Origin: Bdellovibrionales bacterium
Lineage (GTDB): Bacteria; Bdellovibrionota; Bdellovibrionia; Bdellovibrionales; UBA1609
NCBI GenBank assembly: GCA_007121385.1
Contig: SKLV01000013.1
Location: 379-64,378 of the forward strand
Length of the DNA: 64,000 nt
Direction: 5' to 3'
Of this stretch, positions 37,660-46,979 are shown piece after piece. The position numbers and the translations under genes were made by a program. Under the pieces are notes generated by a model, which saw only the letters and a list, made by a program, of their open reading frames with translations, had not been told where the DNA came from and did not search any database. How positions within the stretch are numbered: position 1 is the stretch's first letter; the number at the start of each line of letters is the position of its first letter.

Positions 37660-38529
37660 ATGAGCGGGCAGACTTTATTTTATGTGGCTAAAAATGGGGA
37701 ACAGCAGGGGCCTTTTGGTCTTGCGGAGATTGTCAGTAAGGTTAAATCCAATGAGCTGGCTTTATTGGATTATCTCTACGACGAAGTCAAGGCGGACTGG
37801 GTGATGCTTATGGAGTACCCCCCTTTGGCAGAGCAGCTAAAAAACATTAAGCCTTCAGCTCCGCCCCCCAAGGCAGACCCAGGGCCTGAGGCCGCCACCA
37901 TTCAAGCTGAGGAGGCCCAACTCAAAGGGCTTGCCGCGGAAAAAGCTCCTGATCCAGAGAAGGCTCATATGGTTGCGGAGTGGTATATTCTCAAAGGAGA
38001 AAACAAGTTTGGCCCTTTTGCTTACACTGATGTGGTGAAGATGCTGCAGCAGCGAGTAGTTTTTGAGTTTGACTTCGCCTGGCGGCCTGGTTTGGAAACT
38101 TGGATGCGCATTGCTGAACTTGATCCCTTTTCTACAGAGTCCATTCAAAAGCTTAAAAACACCCTGATGCCCGAAATTCAAGAGGTCTTTTTCCGTCGTC
38201 GTCATCGTCGGGTGAATTTCAATAGCACCATTTTAGTTCATGACAACCGATCGGTTTGGAAGGGTCAAGGCGTAGAGATCAGTTCTGGAGGAGCGGGGCT
38301 TGTCATGGAGAACTCAGAGGTCGCTCCGGGGCAGGTGTTATATCTGCACTTTAAGCCCGGAGACGGAGTGCCTCCTTTTAATGCCATATGTGAAGTGGTC
38401 AGTAAGAAGTTTGTAGAGGGAGTTAAGGATAAAAAGGCGCCGGTGATGTATGGAGTGCGCTTTACAAATGTGAACCCATCGACACAAAAATTTATTGCCG
38501 AGTACTCAAAGCGGTCGGATGCCGCCTGA
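37660..38529 (+). CDS. Tandem GYF_2 domains + C-terminal PilZ domain (putative c-di-GMP receptor)
   Basis: GYF_2 #1 is FYVAKNGEQQGPFGLAEIVSKV...DYLYDEVKADWVML. GYF_2 #2 is WYILKGENKFGPFAYTDVVKML...AWRPGLETWMRI. PilZ motifs are RRRHRR (RxxxR) and EISSGGAG (D/NxSxxG-like). Confidence 0.75.
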   Translation: MSGQTLFYVAKNGEQQGPFGLAEIVSKVKSNELALLDYLYDEVKADWVMLMEYPPLAEQLKNIKPSAPPPKADPGPEAATIQAEEAQLKGLAAEKAPDPEKAHMVAEWYILKGENKFGPFAYTDVVKMLQQRVVFEFDFAWRPGLETWMRIAELDPFSTESIQKLKNTLMPEIQEVFFRRRHRRVNFNSTILVHDNRSVWKGQGVEISSGGAGLVMENSEVAPGQVLYLHFKPGDGVPPFNAICEVVSKKFVEGVKDKKAPVMYGVRFTNVNPSTQKFIAEYSKRSDAA

Positions 38530-38555
38530 TGAAAGTGCAGGAGATGAAAAAAACT

Positions 38556-38583
38556 ATTTAAAAAGTTTCTGATTTAAAAAGTT
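38556..38583. repeat. Direct repeat ATTTAAAAAGTT x2 (16-nt period) in an AT-rich spacer
   Basis: Copies at 38556-38567 and 38572-38583, between the PilZ gene and the TolQ-like gene. Confidence 0.8.
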
Positions 38584-38648
38584 AAATTAAGTCTATAGCG
38601 CCAAACCGAGCATGTACCCCGAGAGCGCAGAAAAATAAGGGGGAGTGC

Positions 38649-39347
38649 ATGAGTTCAATTGGTGAGTTTCTCACAAGTTCAGGTTTTGCGGGTATCGTCA
38701 TTGTGGCGATGGGTCTAGCGGCTTTAGCTATTATTATCGAGCGGGCCCGGGTGCTCTTTTTTGAATATGCCATTAAAACAGACCAATTTATGAAGCAGGT
38801 CAAAAGCTTGGTGCTCAATGACCAGGTTGAGGAAGCGATCACTTTCTGTGCAGCCAATGAAAAAGCTCCTTTAGCCCATGTGGTTAAGGGTGTCTTGCAA
38901 CGCGCGGATCGGGATGATGATGGAATCAATCAGGGCTTAGATATCGCCCTCTCTGAAATCATTCCCAATTTGGGAAAGCGTTTGGGCTATCTTGCTATGT
39001 TGGCCAATGTGGCTACCCTGACAGGTCTTTTGGGTACTATTCATGGACTGATTATGTCCTTCCAGGCAGTGAGCTCGGCCGATCCCGCACAAAAACAGGA
39101 GCTTTTGGCCCAGGGAATTTCAGTGGCCATGAATACAACTGCTCTGGGCCTGACTGTGGCCATTCCGGTGATGATTGCCTATGCTATCTTGCATTCCCGG
39201 CAGAACCGACTCCTTGAAGAGGTGTCAGAGCATTCCGCAAAAGTGGTGGACCTTCTGACGACCCGGCACTATACGCCCATGGTGGTGAATACAGATATGG
39301 GCCGTTTAGCCACTCAGCCGCCTCATTCGGCTACAAGGACGGCTTAG
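38649..39347 (+). CDS. MotA/TolQ/ExbB-family proton channel (AglR-like)
   Basis: Three TM segments. Conserved region LGKRLGYLAMLANVATLTGLLGTIHGLI...ISVAMNTTALGLTVAIP. Confidence 0.85.
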   Translation: MSSIGEFLTSSGFAGIVIVAMGLAALAIIIERARVLFFEYAIKTDQFMKQVKSLVLNDQVEEAITFCAANEKAPLAHVVKGVLQRADRDDDGINQGLDIALSEIIPNLGKRLGYLAMLANVATLTGLLGTIHGLIMSFQAVSSADPAQKQELLAQGISVAMNTTALGLTVAIPVMIAYAILHSRQNRLLEEVSEHSAKVVDLLTTRHYTPMVVNTDMGRLATQPPHSATRTA

Positions 39348-39349
39348 TA

Positions 39350-39907
39350 ATGAAAAAAAAGCTGAGGTCGGATTTAAAAAACCAAGGCGAGGAGAGTTTC
39401 GAGCTCGATCTTTCTCCCATGTTGGCTCTGATGGTGTGCCTTATTCCCATCATGTTGCTATCCACGGAGTTTGTTCGGGTGGTTATAATTGAAAGCCCTC
39501 TTCCTCAGGTGGTTCAAAGAGTCATCGAGCAGGATCGTCAGCAGACGGAGCGCCAGGTATCTATCACCCTGGCCATGACAGAAAAGGGTTTTGACCTTCA
39601 AGTTTCGCGCAGTGGTCGTGTGGTGCGTCGGTGGCAGGGGCCCAAAAAGGAAGACAAGTCCTGGGATTTAGAGGGTCTGCACCGCGAGTTGGTCTCAGTC
39701 AAGACGGAGCACCCCCAGGTTTTCCGGTTGGATCTCCGTCCGGGTTCTGGGGTGGCCTATAACGATATCGTCCAGGTCATCGATGAAGCCCGAGTCGCCA
39801 AGGATGAAGCCGTTAGATTTCAGGTTGTAGATGAACAAACCCAAGAGACTGCGGAAACCCAACTTATGTTTCCGGACGTGTTGTTTGGAAATTTATTGGA
39901 AGGGTAA
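39350..39907 (+). CDS. ExbD/TolR-family protein 1 (AglQ/AglS-like)
   Basis: N-terminal LDLSPMLALMVCLIPIML contains the ExbD/TolR signature TM. Periplasmic domain ...VAYNDIVQVIDEA. Confidence 0.8.
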   Translation: MKKKLRSDLKNQGEESFELDLSPMLALMVCLIPIMLLSTEFVRVVIIESPLPQVVQRVIEQDRQQTERQVSITLAMTEKGFDLQVSRSGRVVRRWQGPKKEDKSWDLEGLHRELVSVKTEHPQVFRLDLRPGSGVAYNDIVQVIDEARVAKDEAVRFQVVDEQTQETAETQLMFPDVLFGNLLEG

Positions 39908-39921
39908 CCTGAGGAGTTGTT

Positions 39922-40437
39922 ATGAGTATGAAAAAAGTTGTGGCTCGCATGAAGCAGAACAACAAAAAGGCAGCTTTTGTTTTGCAGCTCACCGCGATGG
40001 TGGACATGTTCACCATCATGATTGTGTTTTTGCTTAAGAGCTACTCGACCAGTGCAGTTCAAATTGCTCCTCATGCGGACCTCAAGCTTCCCTACAGCTC
40101 GTCCTATACTCATCCCGTGGAGGCTCTCCGTCTTGTAGTGGCCCTGGATGGAATCTATGTGGACGATCGAAAAGTGGTCGAGCTGACGGAGGGGCAAATA
40201 GAAAAAGAGGTGCTGGATAAAAGTGATTCAGAGTTTATTCGGCCCCTTTTTGAGGAACTGGATAGACATGCCAAGAGATCTCAGGAGATTTCGGAGATCA
40301 ATGTGGAACATCAGTTCGAGGGAACTGTGGTGATGCAGGCAGACAGTCGACTGAACTACGAAGTGTTGAAGAAAGTGATGTACACCTCATCTATGGCTGG
40401 CTACGCGGATATGAAGCTCGCAACAATGTCGCCTTAA
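39922..40437 (+). CDS. ExbD/TolR-family protein 2 (AglQ/AglS-like)
   Basis: QLTAMVDMFTIMIVFLL is a TM segment with the conserved Asp. C-terminal YEVLKKVMYTSSMAGY. Confidence 0.8.
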   Translation: MSMKKVVARMKQNNKKAAFVLQLTAMVDMFTIMIVFLLKSYSTSAVQIAPHADLKLPYSSSYTHPVEALRLVVALDGIYVDDRKVVELTEGQIEKEVLDKSDSEFIRPLFEELDRHAKRSQEISEINVEHQFEGTVVMQADSRLNYEVLKKVMYTSSMAGYADMKLATMSP

Positions 40438-40468
40438 GGTGTTTGGGATGATGGGAGGAGTTTAAAAA

Positions 40469-43400
40469 ATGGCAAAGGACCTAAGGTCGTTACACATCTG
40501 GCGCGGTCGCGTTTTGGGAGTTCTAGTTTTGGGGAGCTCTTTTGGTCTTTTTGCGCCCTCTTTCGCTCACAGTCGGACCGCAGGAGAGAATCCCTTAGAG
40601 TCTTTACGGTTGGTGGAAGGAGATGAAAGAGGAAATGATCTTAGAGCTGTGAAGACAGAACTACTGATTACCTCGGTGGAAGAAAGAGCCGTTGACCAAT
40701 TGAAACTCCTGATTCAGCGAGAGCGAGGGAAGCCCATGGAGCCCGATCTCTGGCTGCGGCTCGGTGAACTTTATATGAGAAGAGCTCGGTCTGAGAGATT
40801 TTTCGACTTGCATCGGAGTTCTGACACTGAGGTCAGCTTTTTGCCTAGAGAAATGAAAAATCGTCAGGGACGCCAGGCCATTTTTGAAGCCATTCAAGTG
40901 TACGAGAGGATTCAACGACAATTCCCCCGGTACAATCAAATGGATTTGGTAGTGTTCAACAACGCATTTGCCCGCCAGCAGGTGGGACAGGGGCGTCCAG
41001 CCGAACAGAGATACCTACAGTTAATCGAGAGGTACCCTAACTCACCCCTGATTCCCGATGCTCATTTGGCCGTGGGCGAAATTAACTTTGAGCGCCAGGA
41101 CTTTAACAGAGCTTTAAAGCACTTTGATCAGATTAAGAAATTTCCCCAGGCTCGGGTTTATCCCTATGGACTCTACAAAGCGGGTTGGTCTCATTACAAC
41201 CTAGGGGACACGGAAGCGGCTTTAAAAGAGCTAGAGGCCGTTGTGGATTTTGGGCGCCGGGTGGCTGAGGCTCAGCTGGATGCCCGCCTAGATCTGCGTC
41301 GAGAGGCTCTGACTGATATGACATTGTTTTTTAGCAGTGTGAGGGGGCCACAAGAGGCTTTTCGCTATTTTAGTCGGCAGGCCGGAGAGTTGGGGCCGGA
41401 TGAGAGTTTAATTCGGCTGGCCCGCCTGTACTCGCATCATGGCAAGTTTGAGGACAAGAGAATTGTGCTCAATGACTTTATTCGAAATTTACGCCAGTCC
41501 AACCGCCTGGCTGAAGTTCACAATGACATGGTTCACAACTTTGAGAATATGAGGTTGCGCAATGAGGCCGTGACTCAACTTGAGCAGTTTCATGCCCTTT
41601 GCAGTGTGGATAGTCGGTGGGCGAGACATCAGCTGGCTGAGGATAGGGCAGAAGTCGTGGAGAGCTGTCAGGAGCAGCTCAACGAAACTTCCCTTCATCT
41701 TGCAGGAAAGTGGCTCAGGACTTGGCGCAATAACCAGGACCATCCTATTTTTGCTGAGTCAGCACAAAAGGCCTTTGAAATATACCTTGAGCGCAACTCC
41801 GAAGGAGAGAGGTCTGACCAGGCTCGCTTCGCTTATGCAGAGCTTCTATTCCAGCGGGATAAGTTTCGTCAGGCCAGTGAGCAGTATGCCATTGTGGGCC
41901 AGAGAATGGGAAAAACTCAGGTTGCTATGGGACATGATGCCAGCTATGCGGCTCTCCTGAGTTTACAAAAGGCCGTGGGTGAAGGCGGTCAATGGTCTGA
42001 TCGAGATGAAAAGACTTTTAGGGAGTTGGCTAAGCTCTATGTGGAGAATCACCCTAAGGGAGAGTTCCGATTGGATGTGGAGTTTCAAGTGGCCATTGTG
42101 GCCTACGAGAAGGGTCGCTATGATGAAGCAGCTCCTCTGTTCTTGCGTTTAGGCCAGGAGTTTTCGGGTCAACCCCGTGGACTTCAGGCACAAGATCTTT
42201 ACTTGGATATTTTGAATATTCGAAAAGACTATACCGCTTTAAAGCAGTATGCGGCAGACCTCCTAAAAAGCCGTAAGAGTCTAGCTGCAGAGCGGGTGAA
42301 AAAGCTAGAGGAAATCTATGAGCAATCCTACTTCCTGGAAGTTCAAACCCAAGAAGAGCAAGGGGAGTACTCTCAAGCTATTGCCGGTTATAAGAGGTTT
42401 GCCACTGAGAACCCGCGTTCACCCCTAGCTGAAAAGGCCTGGTGGAATGCAATTCAGCTGCAGTTCAAAACTCAGGATCATCTGCAAGGGGCCCGAGATG
42501 CAGTGGAGTTCCAGCGCCTTTTCCCAAAGTCAGATCAGGCTGTGGATGCTCTTCTTAAGGCAGCTCAGACTTTTGAGAGCTTGGCTGAACTCACTGAGGG
42601 CGCTTCAGTTCTAATGACTCTAGCTCAGGTCGATAGTCCTTCGGAATTAAAGTGGAAGTCTCTGGCGGCTGATTTTTTTGTTCTCAGTGGGAATCTGGCT
42701 CAGGGGCAAAGACTTTATCAGGAGTTAGAAAGAGCTTCGGATAGAGATATGGCTTTCTCAGCTCTTGAGCGTCAATTGGCTCTGGCAGAGAGTACTGGAG
42801 CTCAAGGGGAATACTGGCGTCTCACAGAGAGAATAGCCCAATCGGGGCGACAGCCCCAGGCCGCCTTGGCCGCCGCTGAGCTCGCCGAGCGACTCTATAA
42901 CCAGAAAAAGCCGACCGAGGCCTTTGCTCAGGCCAGATCTGTATTGAATATGGGGCGAGCCGCAGGCTCTAGGGCCAGAGCGAAGGCTCGCTATATTCAA
43001 GCCAGAATTTTAGAGGATGAGTTTGTCAGTGCCAGCTTGAGGTCAAGAGCAGAGCGAGTGGCCATGGTCTTGTCTATTAAGACAGAGCGCTTGGAGAAGG
43101 CTCAGGCCGCCTACCAGGCCACAATCCGCTATGGGGACCCTGAGTACACCATCAAATCCATGCGCCGCCTTTCAGCTTGTTACGATCATTTTGTCAAGGC
43201 GATCCGGGAGATGCCTCTCCCGACGGGTTTGGCGGCTAGTGATGAGCCAGTTTTTAGGGGAGAGCTTGAGAACCTTGCCATTCCCATGGAGGAGAAGAGT
43301 GTCGACACCATTGCCCAGGCTCTTGCTGCCGCTAAGAGAATGCAGCTTCGCGATGGCAGCATAGCGGAGTTGCAGCAGGATTTAGATCGACTCAACATGC

Positions 43401-43480
43401 AGCCCCGGTCTTCGTTGACTGTGGAGGTGGGGTCTCCGGCTATTTCGCTTCCCATTTTTTCCAGGAGGGCAGGAACATGA
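40469..43480 (+). CDS. Large secreted TPR-repeat protein (positional/architectural equivalent of GltD/AgmU)
   Basis: Signal peptide. 1003 aa of TPR-like helical repeats. Position is immediately after the TolQ-TolR-TolR genes. Confidence 0.6.
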   Translation: MAKDLRSLHIWRGRVLGVLVLGSSFGLFAPSFAHSRTAGENPLESLRLVEGDERGNDLRAVKTELLITSVEERAVDQLKLLIQRERGKPMEPDLWLRLGELYMRRARSERFFDLHRSSDTEVSFLPREMKNRQGRQAIFEAIQVYERIQRQFPRYNQMDLVVFNNAFARQQVGQGRPAEQRYLQLIERYPNSPLIPDAHLAVGEINFERQDFNRALKHFDQIKKFPQARVYPYGLYKAGWSHYNLGDTEAALKELEAVVDFGRRVAEAQLDARLDLRREALTDMTLFFSSVRGPQEAFRYFSRQAGELGPDESLIRLARLYSHHGKFEDKRIVLNDFIRNLRQSNRLAEVHNDMVHNFENMRLRNEAVTQLEQFHALCSVDSRWARHQLAEDRAEVVESCQEQLNETSLHLAGKWLRTWRNNQDHPIFAESAQKAFEIYLERNSEGERSDQARFAYAELLFQRDKFRQASEQYAIVGQRMGKTQVAMGHDASYAALLSLQKAVGEGGQWSDRDEKTFRELAKLYVENHPKGEFRLDVEFQVAIVAYEKGRYDEAAPLFLRLGQEFSGQPRGLQAQDLYLDILNIRKDYTALKQYAADLLKSRKSLAAERVKKLEEIYEQSYFLEVQTQEEQGEYSQAIAGYKRFATENPRSPLAEKAWWNAIQLQFKTQDHLQGARDAVEFQRLFPKSDQAVDALLKAAQTFESLAELTEGASVLMTLAQVDSPSELKWKSLAADFFVLSGNLAQGQRLYQELERASDRDMAFSALERQLALAESTGAQGEYWRLTERIAQSGRQPQAALAAAELAERLYNQKKPTEAFAQARSVLNMGRAAGSRARAKARYIQARILEDEFVSASLRSRAERVAMVLSIKTERLEKAQAAYQATIRYGDPEYTIKSMRRLSACYDHFVKAIREMPLPTGLAASDEPVFRGELENLAIPMEEKSVDTIAQALAAAKRMQLRDGSIAELQQDLDRLNMQPRSSLTVEVGSPAISLPIFSRRAGT

Positions 43481-44301
43481 AGAAAGCCATCGGCTTTAGT
43501 TTAGTCATTCTTGTGATTCAAAGTTTGGGCTGTGCGACCAAGGGGACTCAATCGGTGGATGCAGAACAATATGTTCAGGGGCTCCGATCCGAAAGTGTGC
43601 GCCAGTCGCGTTCCTCTGGTCCCCAATGCCCAAGAACCTCTGAATCCTGGAGCCAGGAGAGCTCCTGGAGAGCCCTAGTGGCGCAAGCCAATGCCTGTGT
43701 CCGAAGTCAAAATTGGCCTCAAGTGGAGGCCATAGGTCAGCACCTGGCTCAGACGGAGCCCGTGGGGCCATGGGGAGCCTATTACCTGAGCTTGTCTGCA
43801 GAGGCCACCCAGCGCTTGCCGAGAGCCCTTTGGATGATTGACTTGGCTTTAAAGAAAGCCCCAAGAAACTCTCTTCTTACTTATCAAATGGGGCGAGTAC
43901 AGTGGGCCATGGGCGATTATGAAAAAGCTATGGAGAGCTATCAGCAGGCTCTTCGTTACGATTCTGATTTGATGGACGCTCATCTTGCTCTAGGCCTCAT
44001 TTATTTTAGGGATCAGGATTCTGCCAAGGCTAACCATCACCTATCTAAAGTTTTGGAGTCTGAACCACAGAATTTTGCCGCTTTGGTTGCTCTTGGCGAG
44101 ATCCAGTTGGAGCGAGGCCAGAGAGAGCAGGCTCAGGAGTTACTGGCTCGAGCGGCTCGAGAAAATTCATCTGACCAGAAGTTGAGAGCTCGATTGGACA
44201 AGCTCAATGAAGAGCTGGCTTTGGAAAGAGCCCAGGCTTTGGCTGCCTCCTCGCCGAGGCGGGAACCGAGTGCTGAAGGCTCAGAAAAGGGGACGCCATG
44301 A
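43477..44301 (+). CDS. TPR lipoprotein (GltE/AglT-like position)
   Basis: ATGA overlap with the upstream gene. Lipobox VIQSLGC. TPR repeats (AMESYQQALRYDSDLMDAHLALGLIYF...). Confidence 0.6.
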   Translation: MKKAIGFSLVILVIQSLGCATKGTQSVDAEQYVQGLRSESVRQSRSSGPQCPRTSESWSQESSWRALVAQANACVRSQNWPQVEAIGQHLAQTEPVGPWGAYYLSLSAEATQRLPRALWMIDLALKKAPRNSLLTYQMGRVQWAMGDYEKAMESYQQALRYDSDLMDAHLALGLIYFRDQDSAKANHHLSKVLESEPQNFAALVALGEIQLERGQREQAQELLARAARENSSDQKLRARLDKLNEELALERAQALAASSPRREPSAEGSEKGTP

Positions 44302-44630
44302 AGAAATCAAGTGATTCGCTCAAAGTGGTTATTGTCAGCCTATTTCTAGCTCCTGCTCTTTGGGCAGGCAGCCTTTTCTTTTCAGCTCTCATTGGATGGG
44401 GTGCAGGAGCTTCGGAGGCTTCTTCCAAGGGTGGTGAGACTCGGAATAAGAGAGTGATCTATCGCAAAAGTCAGGATGTAGAGTTTGATGGAAGCCCCGT
44501 GGATGGGGTGGTGAGAAATCCGGACGGGGCTTATCTGAGCCAACGAAGGGGCATTAATTTTTCACCTCTCTACAATCTGCGTGAGCAGTTTGACAAAAAC
44601 ATTCACGATTCAGTGGAGCATTTGAGGTAA
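44298..44630 (+). CDS. Small membrane/secreted protein (GltF position)
   Basis: ATGA overlap. Hydrophobic N-terminus VVIVSLFLAPALWAGSLFFSALIGWGAGA. Length 110 aa. Confidence 0.5.
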   Translation: MKKSSDSLKVVIVSLFLAPALWAGSLFFSALIGWGAGASEASSKGGETRNKRVIYRKSQDVEFDGSPVDGVVRNPDGAYLSQRRGINFSPLYNLREQFDKNIHDSVEHLR

Positions 44631-44635
44631 AACTT

Positions 44636-46159
44636 ATGAAGAGAATAGAACTCGACCTTGAACATCGTTATATGAATCGTTTTGTTGGCCGTCACCGCCT
44701 AAAGGCTGAAGAAGGTGTGGCCTCGGTGGGGTCATCGCGAGGTGCTCAAATCCGTCTGATGGGTGAGAATGTCAGTGGAGTTCATGCTCTTCTCGAGTAT
44801 AGAGATAACGGCTGGGTCATCTGCGATATGGGAAGTGAGCAGGGTACATGGATTCGCAAGCAGCCTGTGATTGAGTATGTGATCACCGGAAGCACTCAAA
44901 TTCATATTGGTGGCCATGTTCTTAAAGCTGTTCCAAGAGAGATTGAGAGTGGTCTTTTTTCCGTGGAACGTAAGCCTTCAGAAGTTTTTGCTGGTGGGCA
45001 GACTTTTCATCAAGTGGTGGTTCGCCGTCGTGGGGTGATTGTTGAGTCTGCTTTGCTTGAAAGCGACGAGCCTTTTGTATTTCATCATGGGGGAAAAATC
45101 CACCATATTGCCAGCACTCGGAATCGTGAATGGGTGGTTAAAAATTTCAGCCAAGACGTAGTTCTGCAACAAAGGTTGGTCAACTCCTTAACTCTTGAGG
45201 CCACACCCGCAGAGAAAGTGAAGGCCCTGTGGGATCCCAATCTCAGAGGTCCAGTCTTAGCCTCTCTGAGCTTGATGCTTCTCTTTGTCCTGCTGATGCT
45301 CTTGGCGCCGGAAAAGTCCACCATGGAGTTTGTGGCTTTGGAGCCCGAAGAAAATCGTTTTACCCGGCTTATTTATGACGCCTCGGCAGTTCAGAGACAA
45401 AGAGAGAGAGCTCAGCAATTGCGTCAGCACATAGATGGCCAGACGGTGAGAGCGGCAGAAGTGAGGCCTCAGGCCACAGGAACTCCTGAACAGGAGTCGG
45501 GAGGAACCTCTCAGGAAGCCAGTGCTGCGGCTGCAAAGGTAGTTAATAACATTCAGGCCGCTGGAATCAGTCAGCTGGTGGGCCGAATTTCCCAGCGCGC
45601 AGCCAACCAGGCGGCTTTTGTTCAGGGTGTCGGCCAAAGACCTGATCAAAATGTAGGTCGGGCTTTAGCTATGGTGGGCTCGGCCTCTGTAGGGGAGAGT
45701 GGGACAGCCAGCGCTGGAACCAATCAGGCCCATCGAGTTCAAGCTGTGGGGACAGCAGGGCGTGGCGGGGGACAGGGTAGTGTTCAGGGGCTTGGTGGCT
45801 TGAGTATGGGCAATGTGGGCAATGCCACAGTGGGAATTCTTGAGGAAGAGACCGAGGTTCAAGGAGGGCTTGATCGAGAAGTGATTGCCCAGATCATTCA
45901 AGGTTATCTAGGTCAAATTCGCTATTGCTATGAGCGTCAACTCAGTGCCAACCCAGATCTCTATGGGAAAGTGCAGGTGCGCTTTACCATAGGATCCTCT
46001 GGCTCAGTGACCGCTCAGACAATTGGTAACACCTCATTAAGAAACGCCATGGTTGAAGGATGTATTCTCCGGCGCATAGCAGGTTGGCAGTTTCCCGCCC
46101 CCAAAGGGGGGACTCTGGTCAACGTCACTTATCCCTTCTTGTTTCAGAGTACAATGTAG
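44636..46159 (+). CDS. FHA domain - TM - AgmX/PglI-type (TonB-C-like) C-terminal domain protein (GltG/PglI-like)
   Basis: FHA region is VGSSRGAQIRLMGENVSGVHALLEYRDNGWVICDMGSEQGTWI. TM is VLASLSLMLLFVLLMLLAP. C-terminus is LDREVIAQIIQGYLGQIRYCYERQLSANPDLYGKVQVRFTIGSSGSV...CILRRIAGWQFPAPKGG..VNVTYPFLF. Confidence 0.8.
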   Translation: MKRIELDLEHRYMNRFVGRHRLKAEEGVASVGSSRGAQIRLMGENVSGVHALLEYRDNGWVICDMGSEQGTWIRKQPVIEYVITGSTQIHIGGHVLKAVPREIESGLFSVERKPSEVFAGGQTFHQVVVRRRGVIVESALLESDEPFVFHHGGKIHHIASTRNREWVVKNFSQDVVLQQRLVNSLTLEATPAEKVKALWDPNLRGPVLASLSLMLLFVLLMLLAPEKSTMEFVALEPEENRFTRLIYDASAVQRQRERAQQLRQHIDGQTVRAAEVRPQATGTPEQESGGTSQEASAAAAKVVNNIQAAGISQLVGRISQRAANQAAFVQGVGQRPDQNVGRALAMVGSASVGESGTASAGTNQAHRVQAVGTAGRGGGQGSVQGLGGLSMGNVGNATVGILEEETEVQGGLDREVIAQIIQGYLGQIRYCYERQLSANPDLYGKVQVRFTIGSSGSVTAQTIGNTSLRNAMVEGCILRRIAGWQFPAPKGGTLVNVTYPFLFQSTM

Positions 46160-46208
46160 GGGGAGTGGACAATGTGGATGGATAAAGAACGCTTAAAGGA
46201 GAATACAT

Positions 46209-46979
46209 ATGAGAAAGCAGCATCAGGGATTAATTTCCTTAGTTAAGACCATAGGGCCACGGGGGCTCGTCCCATCTTTAGTTGCCCTTTTGGGGTTTGG
46301 ACTGATCTGGACAACCGAAGTTCAGGCCCAAGAGGCCAGCTCGGACCGGGTGGATATCAGTGATATTGAAGAGCGCTACTGGGCTCCTCAGGACACTGAC
46401 TTTGAAGTTGTTCAGGATCGAATTTACACAAAGGAAAGAAGACCTTTTTTCTCCGCTCTCTATGGTCCTTTGATTAACGATCCCTATGCTTCGGGAAACA
46501 CATTGGCCCTTCATGCGAATTACTATTTTTCAGAGCGCTTTGGCATAGAGCTTCAACACCAGATTTCAAACTTAGACGAAAGTATTTTTGTAAGGACGCT
46601 AGCCGAGCGAAATCAGGGAAAGCCAGATCATGGATGGGTGAAGAGCTACACGGGAGTGGGGTTCAACTTTGTTCCCATCTACGCCAAAATGAGCGTGATG
46701 GGAAGGAGGATCATTTACTTTGATATGCAGTTCACCCCCCATCTTGGCCAAACCACCTACGAACAGAGATTTAATTCAGGGAGTTCCACTCAAACTGCTT
46801 TTTCCTATGGCTTGGATGTGACTCAGTACTTCTTTTTTACCAGTAATGTGGCTTTTCGTATGGACCTAAAAAACCGCTGGTTTTCAGAGGACTTTGTCCG
46901 GCACCAAACTGGTGAGTCTTTGGGAAGCCGTAATACCAACACCACATTATTTATGTTGGGTGTGAGTGTGTACTACTGA
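46209..46979 (+). CDS. Outer-membrane beta-barrel protein (GltH position)
   Basis: Signal peptide ...WTTEVQAQE. Alternating strand pattern with an aromatic C-terminus ...MLGVSVYY. Confidence 0.6.
   Translation: MRKQHQGLISLVKTIGPRGLVPSLVALLGFGLIWTTEVQAQEASSDRVDISDIEERYWAPQDTDFEVVQDRIYTKERRPFFSALYGPLINDPYASGNTLALHANYYFSERFGIELQHQISNLDESIFVRTLAERNQGKPDHGWVKSYTGVGFNFVPIYAKMSVMGRRIIYFDMQFTPHLGQTTYEQRFNSGSSTQTAFSYGLDVTQYFFFTSNVAFRMDLKNRWFSEDFVRHQTGESLGSRNTNTTLFMLGVSVYY

Noticed and set aside
38649-46159. Reading the locus as a classical ExbB-ExbD-TonB iron-uptake system
   Set aside because: There are two ExbD paralogs. The TonB-like protein has an FHA domain and an AgmX/PglI-type C-terminus. Large TPR proteins flank the motor genes. 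No TonB-dependent receptor is present in the cluster. The gene order matches aglRQS + gltD-I instead.
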